Virus record (IMG/VR): IMGVR_UViG_3300032312_001822
Coordinates: 1-64,000 of that record
Direction: 5' to 3' (one strand)
DNA from: a virus
Taxonomy: Duplodnaviria; Caudoviricetes
Length of the DNA: 64,000 nucleotides
Under the pieces are notes generated by a model. The model was not told the origin of the DNA. It did not search any database and saw nothing but the letters and a program-made list of their open reading frames with translations. Positions 17,154 through 28,099 of this stretch are shown in pieces. Within the stretch, counting starts at the first letter, position 1, and each line of letters starts with the position of its first letter. The translations under genes were made by a program, and so were the position numbers.

Positions 17154-18791
17154 ATGACAGAAACAGTATTCGGAAGAGAATTAAAAGGTAAATTATTAAA
17201 AGGTGTTGAAAAATTAAACAATAGTGTAGCATCAACATTAGGTCCAGCTGGTAGAACAGTTTTAATTAAGGACAATCAAGGTCAATTAACCATCACTAAA
17301 GATGGTGTATCAGTTGCTAAAGCGTTTGGTGACTTAGAAGATCAAGTAGAATCAATTGGAGCTCAAGCAGTAAAACAAGTATCAATCAAAACTGGTAATT
17401 TAGTAGGTGATGGTACAACTACTTCAACAGTTTTAGCTCACGCTATTCTAGAAGAGGGATTAAAACATGTATCTGCTGGTCAAAATCCAGTTGAAATTAA
17501 AAAAGGAATTGATGCCGCTGTAGAGGAAATTAAATCTGCATTAGATAACTTAACAGAAGATATCTCGGATAATCAACAAATAAAAGAAGTTGCTACTATA
17601 TCTGGTAACAATGATGAGGAAGTGGGTAATTTAATTGCTACTGCTTTAGAAAAAGTGGGTAGAGATGGAATTGTAGCTATTGAACAATCAAAAACTGGAG
17701 AAACATCTTTAGAAATTGTTGAGGGTATGCAGTTTGATAGAGGTTATAAATCACCTTATTTTGTAACTGATAATAACACTATGAATGCGTTGTTAGACAA
17801 TCCATACATTTTAATTTACAATGGTAGAATTGGTAATGTAAATGAATTAGTAAATGTATTAACATTAGCTAACTCAGAAACAAGAGCATTATTAATTGTA
17901 GCTGAGGATATTGATGGTGAAGCTTTAGCTTTAACAATCGTTAACAAAGCAAGAGGAGTTGTAAAAGTAGCTGCTGTTAAAGCTCCTGAATTTGGAGATA
18001 GAAGAACAATGGCTTTAGAAGACTTAGCTGTTATTACAGGTGGTCAAGTATTATCTAAAGACAAAGGTCATAAATTGGATAAAATTGATGTTGCTACTTT
18101 AAAACAAGTATTAGGTTCAGCTCGTTCAGCCATTGTAGGTAAAGATAAAACAACAATTGTTGATGGTAGAGGTGAGGAAGAAGCTATTAAATTAAGAGCT
18201 GAAGAAATCAAAATACAAATTGATAATGCAACTTCACCATTTGAAAAAGAAAAATTACAAGAACGTTTAGGTAAACTAATCGGAGGGGTAGCTATTATTA
18301 ATGTTGGTGGTAACAGTGAATTGGAAATTAAAGAGAAAAAAGATAGAGTAGAAGATGCTTTATTCGCTACAAAAGCTGCTCTTGAAGAAGGAATTGTAAT
18401 TGGTGGTGGTACAGCTTTAATGTACGCTAGAAAAGCAATTACATTTGAAGGTTCAAATGACTTTATAAATGGTAAAAAAATTGTTTATAGAGCAGCTGGA
18501 GCTCCATTCTCTAAGATTTTAACTAACGCAGGACATGATCTTATGGAGGTTCAATATTTAGGTTCTAAATTAACTGATTCAGAAAAAGGAAGCAATTGGG
18601 CAGGTCTTAACTATAAAGACTTATCAACTGTAGATTTTAAAGAATTAGGTATTATTGATCCTAAAAAAGTAACTAGAGTAGCATTAGAAAATGCAGCTTC
18701 AGTCGCAGGTACATTATTGACAACTGAGTCAGTAATTTATGAAAAAATTGAAGACAAAGAAGAATCAAATCCTATGCAAGGTATGATGTAA
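17154..18791 (+). CDS. groEL: Chaperonin GroEL
   Basis: [34 protein letters not shown] and a Met/Gly tail. Confidence 0.97.
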   Translation: MTETVFGRELKGKLLKGVEKLNNSVASTLGPAGRTVLIKDNQGQLTITKDGVSVAKAFGDLEDQVESIGAQAVKQVSIKTGNLVGDGTTTSTVLAHAILEEGLKHVSAGQNPVEIKKGIDAAVEEIKSALDNLTEDISDNQQIKEVATISGNNDEEVGNLIATALEKVGRDGIVAIEQSKTGETSLEIVEGMQFDRGYKSPYFVTDNNTMNALLDNPYILIYNGRIGNVNELVNVLTLANSETRALLIVAEDIDGEALALTIVNKARGVVKVAAVKAPEFGDRRTMALEDLAVITGGQVLSKDKGHKLDKIDVATLKQVLGSARSAIVGKDKTTIVDGRGEEEAIKLRAEEIKIQIDNATSPFEKEKLQERLGKLIGGVAIINVGGNSELEIKEKKDRVEDALFATKAALEEGIVIGGGTALMYARKAITFEGSNDFINGKKIVYRAAGAPFSKILTNAGHDLMEVQYLGSKLTDSEKGSNWAGLNYKDLSTVDFKELGIIDPKKVTRVALENAASVAGTLLTTESVIYEKIEDKEESNPMQGMM

Positions 18792-18795
18792 TAAA

Positions 18796-18825
18796 TTTGG
18801 AGCCTCGAAAGAGGCTCCATATATT
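18796..18825 (+). promoter_or_regulatory. Hairpin fused to an early-type promoter
   Basis: ggagcctc-gaaa-gaggctcc (18799-18818) fills the promoter spacer between TTTGG and CATATATT. Confidence 0.7.
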
Positions 18826-18845
18826 ATAATAAATTAATAAGTTAT

Positions 18846-19757
18846 ATGTTTAATAAAAAACACACTTTATTTACTGAAAAATATAGACCTGATACATTAG
18901 AAGGTTACATTGGTAATGATGATTTTAAATCATCTCTACAACAATGGATTGACACTAATGATGTTCCTCACTTACTACTATGTGGAGGCGCTGGTACAGG
19001 TAAAACTACAGCCGCTAAATTAATTGTTAACAATATTAATTGTGACTACGTTTACATCAACTGTTCAGATGAAAATGGTATTGATACAATCAGAGATAAA
19101 GTAAAATCATTCGCTTCAGCTGCTAGTTTCAAACCTCAGAAAGTAGTGATAATGGATGAAGCTGATTTCTTAACAATTAACGCTCAAGCAGCTCTACGTA
19201 ATGTAATTGAAACATTCAGTTTAACAACTCGTTTTATCTTTACTTGCAACTATGTTGAACGTATTATTGATCCAATCCAATCTAGAACAATAGTATTTGA
19301 ATTAACACCTCCATCAATGCAGGATGTTGCTTTCAAATGTGTTGAGATTTTAGATTTAGAGGGTGTCACTTATACTAAAGCTGATATAGTAAGAATTGTT
19401 AAACAAACTTATCCTGATATTAGAAAGACTTTAAACTTGTTACAATCATCTATTAAAAATGGAGATTTACAACAAAGTAGAGAAGTTACTAATTTCAACC
19501 AAACATCAGATCAAATAATAACTTTACTTAAAGGTCAAAACATTAAAAACTTTACTACTATAAGACAACTAGTAATGGATTCAAATGTTAGAGATTATAA
19601 TGAGTTATATAGAGTGTTATTTGAACGAGCAGATGAATTTACTAATTCAGCTATAGCAACTCTTATTATAGCAGATTATCAATACAAATCAATCATGGCA
19701 CCTGACAAAGAAATCACATTTTGCGGGTGTATAGCAAAATTATTAACAACTAAATAA
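18846..19757 (+). CDS. Clamp loader AAA+ subunit (gp44/RFC-like)
   Basis: EKYRP, Walker A GGAGTGKT, Walker B IMDEAD, and QSR motif. Confidence 0.93.
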   Translation: MFNKKHTLFTEKYRPDTLEGYIGNDDFKSSLQQWIDTNDVPHLLLCGGAGTGKTTAAKLIVNNINCDYVYINCSDENGIDTIRDKVKSFASAASFKPQKVVIMDEADFLTINAQAALRNVIETFSLTTRFIFTCNYVERIIDPIQSRTIVFELTPPSMQDVAFKCVEILDLEGVTYTKADIVRIVKQTYPDIRKTLNLLQSSIKNGDLQQSREVTNFNQTSDQIITLLKGQNIKNFTTIRQLVMDSNVRDYNELYRVLFERADEFTNSAIATLIIADYQYKSIMAPDKEITFCGCIAKLLTTK

Positions 19758-19765
19758 AAATCGCA

Positions 19766-20008
19766 ATGGACGAAATGCAACCACAAATGAATCTTGATTT
19801 AACTAAAACAACTCCAATTTTAACTGCTGCTGGTGGTAAAATTTGGCACCAAGGTTATATCTTGAGAAAAGTATCTAAATTTGTAACTGGAACACCAGAT
19901 GACAATGTTTTACCAATTCAGGTATTTTATGACCCAGAAACAGGTGAAATTTTAAAAGAAGGATTACCAGCTGAATTATCATTTATTATTGAAGGTGACG
20001 AAGCTTAA
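19766..20008 (+). CDS. Hypothetical protein
   Basis: ORF track. Confidence 0.7.
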   Translation: MDEMQPQMNLDLTKTTPILTAAGGKIWHQGYILRKVSKFVTGTPDDNVLPIQVFYDPETGEILKEGLPAELSFIIEGDEA

Positions 20009-20414
20009 AAGTATTTTTGATTGGGTGAAGCAAATATCATATGATAAAGAACCTTGGTCCTCATTTACTATTGAGGAACAAGATATGTTTAACAATTTTA
20101 TGATAAATAAGATCATATCAATGAATCCAAACTATATTGAATTAGTAGCTGAGATTCAAGAGCACCAAATGCCTAAAGACAAATTATATCAATTCTATTG
20201 TCAAGCTTTACCTAAACAAAAGTTTTTTAACAAGTATCAAAAACCATCAAAACAACAGTATAGTAAAGAAGTATTAGGTTTATTAGCTGAGTACTTCCAA
20301 GCTAGTACTAGAGAAGTTTTAGACTACTGTGATATTTTATCTAAACAAGACATTGTAGATATTATATTACAATTAGGTAAAGATGACAAAGAAATTAAAA
20401 AATTATTAAAATGA
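19989..20414 (+). CDS. Clamp loader small subunit (gp62-like)
   Basis: SIFDWVKQI...FNNFMINKIIS pattern and position; non-ATG start uncertain. Confidence 0.65.
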   Translation: MKVTKLKSIFDWVKQISYDKEPWSSFTIEEQDMFNNFMINKIISMNPNYIELVAEIQEHQMPKDKLYQFYCQALPKQKFFNKYQKPSKQQYSKEVLGLLAEYFQASTREVLDYCDILSKQDIVDIILQLGKDDKEIKKLLK

Positions 20415-20632
20415 ACACACCACTAAACCCACATTTGTATAGAATGTTAAAAACATCAGCTGAAGCAGATAAAGCAAAAGCTATGTTAACGTTAAATTTA
20501 TTATCAGAAAACCCAGCTGGTATTGGAGATCACTCAACAGAAGATTTCTATAACAATGCTGAAGATGCATTAAAAATGTTAATTGACGCTGATGATAGAT
20601 TAGATGCATTAAAAATGTATTTTGAACAATAA
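20411..20632 (+). CDS. Hypothetical protein
   Basis: ORF track; PAGIGDHS motif. Confidence 0.7.
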   Translation: MNTPLNPHLYRMLKTSAEADKAKAMLTLNLLSENPAGIGDHSTEDFYNNAEDALKMLIDADDRLDALKMYFEQ

Positions 20633-20634
20633 TC

Positions 20635-21072
20635 ATGAGCGACTCAGTAAAAAAATACGAAGAGATGACTAAAAACATAGATGTAAAACCTAATTTCAAA
20701 ATATCAGATAAATCTCCTGATTACCCTAAAATGTCTGATACTGTTAGACAATTGGAAAAAGAATATCCAGTTATAGCAGATGAATTTAAGGAAATACTAG
20801 TAGCACAGTATGAGTTATTCGCTCAAAAGATGCTATCATATGGTATGGGAAACATCTCAATGGGTTCTAATTTAGAAACTAAAGAGGAAACTAGATTTTC
20901 ACTTACAGCTATTTGGATTAGAATGAACGATAAAATGAATCGTTTGAAAAATCTAGTTTTATTAGGCAATAAAAATCCTTTAGATAATGAGCCTACAATT
21001 GACACATGGATTGACATGGTTAATTATTCTGTTATAGCTCAGATTGTTAGTAAAGGTAAATGGAAAAAATAA
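20635..21072 (+). CDS. DUF1599 / nucleotide-modification-associated all-alpha protein
   Basis: KMLSYG..IRMNDKMNRL..E...DTWIDMVNYSVI pattern. Confidence 0.7.
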   Translation: MSDSVKKYEEMTKNIDVKPNFKISDKSPDYPKMSDTVRQLEKEYPVIADEFKEILVAQYELFAQKMLSYGMGNISMGSNLETKEETRFSLTAIWIRMNDKMNRLKNLVLLGNKNPLDNEPTIDTWIDMVNYSVIAQIVSKGKWKK

Positions 21073-21078
21073 GATATT

Positions 21079-22050
21079 TTGGCTAAAAAAATTCCTCAAG
21101 TATTAAGAGAAATAAAAAAAGTAAGTGTACCTGAAATAGACTATGCTTTTAATAAAAATATTTCTTACTCACAGTTAAGTATCTACTCCGCTTGCCCTTA
21201 TAGATGGGGATTAAGATATAGAGATGGGTATAAGGTATTTGAACCTAGCATACACGCTGTGTTCGGAACTGCCTTACACGTCACTCTTCAAGAATACTTA
21301 ACTGTACTATATGAGGAAAGTAAAGCAGCTGCTGATAGATTAGATTCAGAAACTACCTTAAAGAACTCAATACGAGACGAGTATCAAAATTTCTATGATA
21401 AGAATAAAAAAATTCATTTTAGTAACGCGGCTGAATTAGCTGAGTTTTATGAAGATGGAATGAATATTATCAATTATGTTAGAAAGAAAAGTGGTACTTA
21501 TTTTTCAAAGCGTGGATGGTATTTAGTAGGTTGTGAAATGCCTTTAGTATTAAAACCTACTAAAAATATATCCAATGTATTGTTTGGAGGATTTTTAGAT
21601 GTAGTATTCTATCATGAACCTACAAACACCATAAAGATTCTTGATATTAAAACCTCAACTAGAGGTTGGGGTGATAAAGATAAAAAAGATGATATTAAAA
21701 CATCTCAATTAGTCCTATATAAAAAATTCTTCGCTGAACAGTATAATTTCCCTATTGACAATATTGAAGTAGAGTATTTTATTACTAGAAGAAAAGTATA
21801 TGAAGAAGGTGACTTCCCTCAAAAACGTATACAAGAATTTAAACCAGCGGCCGGTAAAGTCAAAATAAACAAATCAACTCAACTATTAGAGACATTTATA
21901 AATGATACATTTAATTCAGATGGAACATTTAAAATGCATGAGTTAGAGAAAAAACCCTCACCATCAAATTGTAGGTTTTGTCAATACAAAGACAATCCCG
22001 ATTTATGTAATAAAAATGAAGAAGTTAAAAAGCAATTCACATTTTATTAA
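21079..22050 (+). CDS. PD-(D/E)XK nuclease (RecB/Cas4-like) with Cys cluster
   Basis: SYSQL..CP, GFLD, DIKT, QLVLY and terminal CRFC..C; TTG start. Confidence 0.8.
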   Translation: MAKKIPQVLREIKKVSVPEIDYAFNKNISYSQLSIYSACPYRWGLRYRDGYKVFEPSIHAVFGTALHVTLQEYLTVLYEESKAAADRLDSETTLKNSIRDEYQNFYDKNKKIHFSNAAELAEFYEDGMNIINYVRKKSGTYFSKRGWYLVGCEMPLVLKPTKNISNVLFGGFLDVVFYHEPTNTIKILDIKTSTRGWGDKDKKDDIKTSQLVLYKKFFAEQYNFPIDNIEVEYFITRRKVYEEGDFPQKRIQEFKPAAGKVKINKSTQLLETFINDTFNSDGTFKMHELEKKPSPSNCRFCQYKDNPDLCNKNEEVKKQFTFY

Positions 22051-22058
22051 GACTCCAT

Positions 22059-22066
22059 ATATTTAT
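22059..22066 (+). promoter_or_regulatory. Putative late promoter motif heading the glycosyltransferase operon
   Basis: ATATTTAT in a 38-nt intergenic gap with no upstream TTTGG. Confidence 0.45.
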
Positions 22067-22088
22067 ATATAACATTAAAACATAAATT

Positions 22089-22277
22089 ATGGCAAACAAT
22101 CAACAATTAACAAGTGTAAAGGTAGATAAAGAAATATTTGAAGCCTTCAAAATCGAATGTGTTAAAACTAAGTTTTCACTTCAAAAATTAGCAGATCGTG
22201 GTATGCATTTATACTTAACTGATCCTGAATTCCAAAAAATAGTTCATAACCATATGAACTTAGAGTTAAAAAAATAA
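22089..22277 (+). CDS. Small ribbon-helix-helix-like protein
   Basis: Alternating strand LTSVKVD followed by two helices; 62 aa. Confidence 0.5.
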   Translation: MANNQQLTSVKVDKEIFEAFKIECVKTKFSLQKLADRGMHLYLTDPEFQKIVHNHMNLELKK

Positions 22278-22296
22278 TAAAAACAAAATCAGTTTT

Positions 22297-23724
22297 ATGC
22301 AAATAGAAGGTTATTTACCTCCTGATCAACGTAAGAAAATCTTATTCATTTGTGATGACATAAGAATGCATTCAGGAGTAGCTACAATGTCCCGAGAAAT
22401 AGTTTTAGGTACAGCACAACATTATAATTGGGTATCAATAGCAGCAGCTATAGATCATCCTGAAGCTGGAAAAAGATTAGATTTATCTCAAGCCACTAAT
22501 CAAGAAACAGGTTTAACTGACTCATCAGTTATATTATATCCTAATAATGGTTATGGTAATGCAGATTTAATTAGAGCTTTAATCAAAGCTGAAAAACCAG
22601 ATGCTTTATTCTTCTTTACAGATCCAAGATATTATGATTGGTTATTTGCAATTGAGAATGAAATTAGAAAACAAATTCCAATGATTTATATTAACATTTG
22701 GGATGACTTACCAGCTCCATTATACAATAGAGCATTTTATGAATCATGTGATACCTTATTAGCAATTAGTAAACAAACTAGAAACATTAATGAAATGGTT
22801 TTAGGTTCTAAAGCTAAAGACAAAATCATTACTTATGTACCTCATGGTATCAATGAGAAACAATTCTATCCAATTGAAAATCAAGACGAATTAAAAGAAA
22901 CTAAGAAAAAAATATTCGGTGATAAAGAATTTGACTTTACTGTATTCTTTAATTCTAGAAACATTAGAAGAAAGTGTATTAGTGATTTAATGGCTGCTCA
23001 TAAATTATTCTTAGATTCATTACCTAAAGAAAAAGCAGATAAAGTAGCGTTAGTATTACATACTCAACCTGTTGATAATAATGGTACAGATTTATATGCT
23101 GTTAGAGAATTATTATTTGGTAAAAACTCAAATGTATTTTTCTCAGATGGTAGAATTGAAACTCCTGAATTAAATAGATTATATAATATAGGGGATGTAA
23201 CAGTATTACCTACTTCAAATGAAGGATGGGGATTAGCGCTTACTGAAGCTATGATGTCAGGTAAAATGATTATAGCCAATGTCACAGGTGGTATGCAAGA
23301 TCAAATGAGATTCACTGATGAAAATGGTAAATGGATTGATTTTACTCCTGAATTCCCTTCTAATCATTTTGGTAAATATAAAAACCATGGTAAATGGGCG
23401 GTACCTGTATTTCCAAATAACATGTCTTTAGTAGGTTCACCTACAACACCTTATATTTGGGATGATAAATTAGACTTTAGAGAATTAGCAACTGCTATTC
23501 AAAAAGTATATGAAATGTCTCCTGAAACTAGAAAAGAAAATGGCTTAGCGGCTAGAGAATGGGTTACATCTGATGAATCAGGTATGTCAGCTAGAGTGAT
23601 GTGTGAAAATATTATTAAAGATATTGATTTAACTTTAAATACATTTACACCTAGAAAATCATTTGAATTTATTAAAACAACAGAAATACCAGCTTTAGAA
23701 TTGGTTCATCCATTAACATATTAA
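22297..23724 (+). CDS. GT-B (GT4-like) glycosyltransferase
   Basis: YVPHG, NIRRK, and EGWGLALTEAM (Ex7E). Confidence 0.85.
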   Translation: MQIEGYLPPDQRKKILFICDDIRMHSGVATMSREIVLGTAQHYNWVSIAAAIDHPEAGKRLDLSQATNQETGLTDSSVILYPNNGYGNADLIRALIKAEKPDALFFFTDPRYYDWLFAIENEIRKQIPMIYINIWDDLPAPLYNRAFYESCDTLLAISKQTRNINEMVLGSKAKDKIITYVPHGINEKQFYPIENQDELKETKKKIFGDKEFDFTVFFNSRNIRRKCISDLMAAHKLFLDSLPKEKADKVALVLHTQPVDNNGTDLYAVRELLFGKNSNVFFSDGRIETPELNRLYNIGDVTVLPTSNEGWGLALTEAMMSGKMIIANVTGGMQDQMRFTDENGKWIDFTPEFPSNHFGKYKNHGKWAVPVFPNNMSLVGSPTTPYIWDDKLDFRELATAIQKVYEMSPETRKENGLAAREWVTSDESGMSARVMCENIIKDIDLTLNTFTPRKSFEFIKTTEIPALELVHPLTY

Positions 23725-23730
23725 TACGTT

Positions 23731-25038
23731 ATGAAAAATACATTTGTAATAAGTTGTCCTATTGACACTTACAGCGGATACGGTTCTCGTTCAAGAGACT
23801 TAGTTAAGGCCTTAATTAACCTAGATAAGTACGATGTTAAAATTATGCCACAACGTTGGGGTAATACACCTTGGAACTTTATTGAGGATCATAAAGAAGA
23901 ATGGGGATTCTTAGTTCCTCATATATTAACAGGTCAAATGACTTCACAACCTGATATTTGGGCTCAAATTACAGTACCTAATGAATTTCAGCCAGTTGGT
24001 AAATTCAATATTGGTATAACAGCTGGTATTGAAACTACAGTATGTGCTCCACAATGGATTGAAGGAATGAATAGAATGAACTTAAATTTAGTTTCATCTG
24101 AACATTCTAAAAAAGTATTTGTAGATTCTAAATTCCAAAAACAAGATGATCAAACTAGACAAGTAATAGGTACAGTTGAATTAACATCACCAATTAAAGT
24201 ATTATTTGAAGGAGTAGATATTACTAAATACTTCCCTACTACTTTAACTCCAGCATCTGAAATAGGTCAAGCTTTAGATACTATAGAAGAAAATTTTGCC
24301 TTCTTATTCGCGGGTCACTGGTTACAGGGTGATTTAGGCCAAGATAGAAAAGATGTAAGTGGTTTAATTAAAATATTTTTTGAAACCTTTAAAAATAAAA
24401 AATCAAAACCCGCATTAATATTAAAAACAATGTCTGGTCCAGCTTCTATTATTGATAGAGATCAAATATTAAAGAAAATTGATATGATTAGAGGTACAGT
24501 TAATTCTAAAAACTTACCTAATATTTACTTATTTCATGGTGAAATATCAGATGATGAAGTAAATCAATTATACAATCATTCCAAAATTAAAGCAATGGTT
24601 AGTTTAACTAAAGGAGAAGGATTTGGTAGACCGTTATTAGAGTTTACTCAAACTAAAAAACCAGTTATTGCCTCAAACTGGAGTGGTCAAGTAGATTTCT
24701 TAAATTCAGAATTCACTTCATTAGTACCAGGTAATTTAACTCCAATTCATCCATCTGCTCAAGTTAAAGATATGTTAATTGAAGGTTCACAATGGTTTAC
24801 AGCTGATTATGGGTTTGTAAGTGGGTTATTAAAAGATTATTTTGAAAATTATAAAAAATATCAAGATAATGGTAAGCGTTTAGCACATTATTGTAAAACT
24901 AATTTCTCATTTGAAAAAATGCAAGAAAAATTAGACACAATATTAACTTCTAATATACCAGAATTACCTAAACAAGTACAATTGAAATTACCCCAATTAA
25001 AAAAAATAGAATTACCCAAACTTAAAAAAGTAGAATAA
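23731..25038 (+). CDS. GT-B (GT4-like) glycosyltransferase
   Basis: YSGYG, GEGFGRPLLE (Ex7E). Confidence 0.85.
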   Translation: MKNTFVISCPIDTYSGYGSRSRDLVKALINLDKYDVKIMPQRWGNTPWNFIEDHKEEWGFLVPHILTGQMTSQPDIWAQITVPNEFQPVGKFNIGITAGIETTVCAPQWIEGMNRMNLNLVSSEHSKKVFVDSKFQKQDDQTRQVIGTVELTSPIKVLFEGVDITKYFPTTLTPASEIGQALDTIEENFAFLFAGHWLQGDLGQDRKDVSGLIKIFFETFKNKKSKPALILKTMSGPASIIDRDQILKKIDMIRGTVNSKNLPNIYLFHGEISDDEVNQLYNHSKIKAMVSLTKGEGFGRPLLEFTQTKKPVIASNWSGQVDFLNSEFTSLVPGNLTPIHPSAQVKDMLIEGSQWFTADYGFVSGLLKDYFENYKKYQDNGKRLAHYCKTNFSFEKMQEKLDTILTSNIPELPKQVQLKLPQLKKIELPKLKKVE

Positions 25039-25493
25039 TGACAGATAAAGTAATAGAAAGTCCATTAAATGGAGGATTGTGTTATGTGACTCCACTTAAT
25101 GAAACTAAAAATAGTTATTTTTGTTTCTCAACAGGATTCAAAACAAATGATTTGATGATTGAGGGTGAATTTGATTTTGACACATACGAAGAAACACTTC
25201 CTGAACTATACAAAGACATAAAACGAGTTGATGATAACAAACGAGTATGGTACCCAGCTACTATGAATATTCAGGACAAAGGAACGGTATTCGCCAATGG
25301 TACTAGTAAGGACGCATGGGCATGGGCAGGAGTATTAGCAGTTGAAGTAAGCGAAGAAGAAAAAGGTAAATTTAAAATACCTGGTACTGAAGAATTTTAC
25401 ACTCATAAAACAGATATCAAAACTTTAAAAAACTTCCCACAAGTAGATTTTATTGAAGCATTAGATTATATAGGATTCTTTAAAGAAAACTAA
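25038..25493 (+). CDS. Hypothetical protein
   Basis: ORF track; lies inside the GT operon. Confidence 0.7.
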   Translation: MTDKVIESPLNGGLCYVTPLNETKNSYFCFSTGFKTNDLMIEGEFDFDTYEETLPELYKDIKRVDDNKRVWYPATMNIQDKGTVFANGTSKDAWAWAGVLAVEVSEEEKGKFKIPGTEEFYTHKTDIKTLKNFPQVDFIEALDYIGFFKEN

Positions 25494-25497
25494 AAAT

Positions 25498-26118
25498 ATG
25501 AAAATAAGTTATGCAATAACAGTTTGTAATGAGTTTCTTGAAATACAGAAACTTGTTACATTCCTTTTAGATAATAAAAGGCGAGAAGATGAGATAGTAA
25601 TACTTTATGACCAAGGTAATGGGGACAAAGGTATAGAAGAATATCTTAGAAGTAAATCAGTGAATGGAGCTTTTAATTGGCATTCAGGAACATTTGAAGG
25701 TCACTTTGCTAATTGGAAAAACAAATTAACATCTTTATGTAATGGAGATTATATCTTTAATATAGACGCTGATGAGATTCCTCATATCAATTTAATACAA
25801 AACCTTCCTGAAATGTTGAGCACTAACAATATTGACATGCTTAGAATACCTAGAGTAAATACTGTGGAGGGTTTAACTCAAGAGCATATTCAGAAGTGGG
25901 GATGGAATGTAAATGAAAAAGGATGGGTGAATTGGGCGGATTGGCAAATGAGAATATACAAAAATACTCCTCACATTAAATGGGTTAATAAAGTACATGA
26001 AGTCTTAGAAGGATTTAAGATACATGGTATGCTTCCACCAGAAGAGGAATGGGCCTTATATCATCCAAAAACTATTGCTAAACAAGAAAAACAAAATAAT
26101 TACTATAATACATTATGA
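25498..26118 (+). CDS. GT2-like glycosyltransferase
   Basis: DYIFNIDADE and VHEVLEG motifs. Confidence 0.8.
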   Translation: MKISYAITVCNEFLEIQKLVTFLLDNKRREDEIVILYDQGNGDKGIEEYLRSKSVNGAFNWHSGTFEGHFANWKNKLTSLCNGDYIFNIDADEIPHINLIQNLPEMLSTNNIDMLRIPRVNTVEGLTQEHIQKWGWNVNEKGWVNWADWQMRIYKNTPHIKWVNKVHEVLEGFKIHGMLPPEEEWALYHPKTIAKQEKQNNYYNTL

Positions 26119-27467
26119 TAAAATTTATAATATTTGATTTAGATGGGGTTTTAGTAGAAGCTAAAAATATTCATTTTGAAGCATTAAATAAAGCTTTAGG
26201 ACCTCAATATGAAATAACTTGGAATGAACATTTAAGTAGATATGATGGTTTAAAAACTAATCAAAAACTTGAGATGTTAAATCAAGATAAAGGATTACCT
26301 ACTAAACTTTACAAGCAAGTTTGGGATGATAAACAAAAATATACTTTAGAAGCATTATCAAGCTTAAAACCTAACCCTCAATTACAGGTTTGTATGGATC
26401 TTTTAATTCAAGAAGGTTTTAAATTAGCAGTATGTTCTAATAGTATTAGAAAAACTGTATTAACTGTCTTATCTAAATTTGATATAATTGATCGTTTTGA
26501 TTTAATACTATCAAATGAGGATGTAGTTAGTAGTAAACCACACCCTGAAATATATTGGTCAGCTATGAGTAAGATGGGTTATTTACCTGAAGAAACCTTA
26601 ATAGTAGAAGATTCACCATATGGTTTATTAGCTGCTTCTCGTAGTAAAGCTTCTGTAATGAGAGTTGGCTCTCCAAAAGATGTTACTTATAATAATATAC
26701 ATAAACACTTAAACCAAACTAAAATGAATTTAACACCAAAATGGAAGGATGATAAATTAAATGTTTTGATTCCAATGGCTGGAGCTGGTTCTAGATTTGA
26801 ACAAGCTGGTTATACGTTTCCTAAACCTTTAATTGAAGTAAAAGGAAAACCTATGATCCAGGTAGTAGTTGAAAATCTAAACTTAGATGCTAATTATATC
26901 TATGTTGTACAAAAATCTCATAGAGAAAAATATAACCTAGACACTCTACTTAATCTAATTACACCCGGATGTAAAATTGTAGAAACTGATGGGTTAACTG
27001 AGGGAGCGGCTTGTACTGCTTTATTAGCTAAAGAGTATATTGATAATGATAGTCCATTATTTTTTGCTAACTCAGATCAATTTGTAGAATGGGATTCAAA
27101 TGAGTTTATGTATAAGATGCAAGAAACTAATACTGATGGAGGTATAGTTACATTTACTGCTACTCATCCTAAATGGTCATTTGCTAAAATAGATGATAAT
27201 GGATTAGTGACTGAAGTAGCTGAAAAGAATCCAATTTCAGATATTGCTACAGTAGGTTATTATTATTGGAAGAATGGTTCAGATTTTGTTAAATACGCTG
27301 AACAAATGATTGATAAAAATATTAGAGTAAATAATGAATTTTATGTTTGTCCTGTATTTAATCAAGCAATTAAAGATTGTAAACAAATTAGAACATTTAA
27401 TGTTAAGGGAATGTGGGGTCTAGGAACCCCAGAAGATTTAAAAAATTACTTAGAAAATTATAAATAA
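26115..27467 (+). CDS. HAD phosphatase fused to a sugar-phosphate nucleotidyltransferase-like domain
   Basis: FDLDGVL, KPHP and VEDS; then IPMAGAGSRF..PKPLI, ANSDQ and GLGTPEDL. Confidence 0.85.
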   Translation: MIKFIIFDLDGVLVEAKNIHFEALNKALGPQYEITWNEHLSRYDGLKTNQKLEMLNQDKGLPTKLYKQVWDDKQKYTLEALSSLKPNPQLQVCMDLLIQEGFKLAVCSNSIRKTVLTVLSKFDIIDRFDLILSNEDVVSSKPHPEIYWSAMSKMGYLPEETLIVEDSPYGLLAASRSKASVMRVGSPKDVTYNNIHKHLNQTKMNLTPKWKDDKLNVLIPMAGAGSRFEQAGYTFPKPLIEVKGKPMIQVVVENLNLDANYIYVVQKSHREKYNLDTLLNLITPGCKIVETDGLTEGAACTALLAKEYIDNDSPLFFANSDQFVEWDSNEFMYKMQETNTDGGIVTFTATHPKWSFAKIDDNGLVTEVAEKNPISDIATVGYYYWKNGSDFVKYAEQMIDKNIRVNNEFYVCPVFNQAIKDCKQIRTFNVKGMWGLGTPEDLKNYLENYK

Positions 27468-27469
27468 AT

Positions 27470-28087
27470 ATGGAATATAGTTGGTATTATTCACAATGGC
27501 AAAATGCTAGATTAGAATTTATTATGTCAAAATACTCACCTGATTTTTTTAAAGGAAAATATATATTAGAATTAGGAGCGTGTAATGCATTTTTTAGTAA
27601 TTATTTTAAATCTTTAGGCGCAAAAGTATTAGCGATAGAAGGTAGAGAAGAGAATATTCAAAAAATTAAAGAACAATATCCTGAGTTAGAAGTTCAACAG
27701 GCTGATTTAGACTCACCTAACTGGAGTTGGGGGAAATTTGATATTATTATCAATTTTGGATTATATTATCATTTGGAAAAATTTCATAAGGAACATTTAA
27801 AAAACTGTATTGATAATTGTGATTTAATGTTTTTTGAAAGTGTAATATATGATAGTAATGAATCTGAAATTTATTTTAGAGAAGAGGAAGGATATGATCA
27901 ATCTTTAACGTTATTGGGGGGTACACCCTCAACATCATATGTAGAAAATATTTTTAAAAATTCTAATAAAGATTATAAGATCTTTAAAAATAAAGAATTA
28001 AATGGTGAATTTCATCACTATGATTGGGAAGATAAAAATACAAAAATACTAGATCCTTTTTCTAGAAGATTTTGGATAGTCCAATAA
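27470..28087 (+). CDS. Class I SAM-dependent methyltransferase
   Basis: ILELGAC, AIEGR and FDIIINFGLYYHL. Confidence 0.8.
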   Translation: MEYSWYYSQWQNARLEFIMSKYSPDFFKGKYILELGACNAFFSNYFKSLGAKVLAIEGREENIQKIKEQYPELEVQQADLDSPNWSWGKFDIIINFGLYYHLEKFHKEHLKNCIDNCDLMFFESVIYDSNESEIYFREEEGYDQSLTLLGGTPSTSYVENIFKNSNKDYKIFKNKELNGEFHHYDWEDKNTKILDPFSRRFWIVQ

Positions 28088-28099
28088 TTTATATTTAAC

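Noticed and set aside
21079-22050. Cas4 as part of a CRISPR system
   Set aside because: A stand-alone PD-(D/E)XK nuclease in the replication block is common in phages; there are no other cas genes or arrays.
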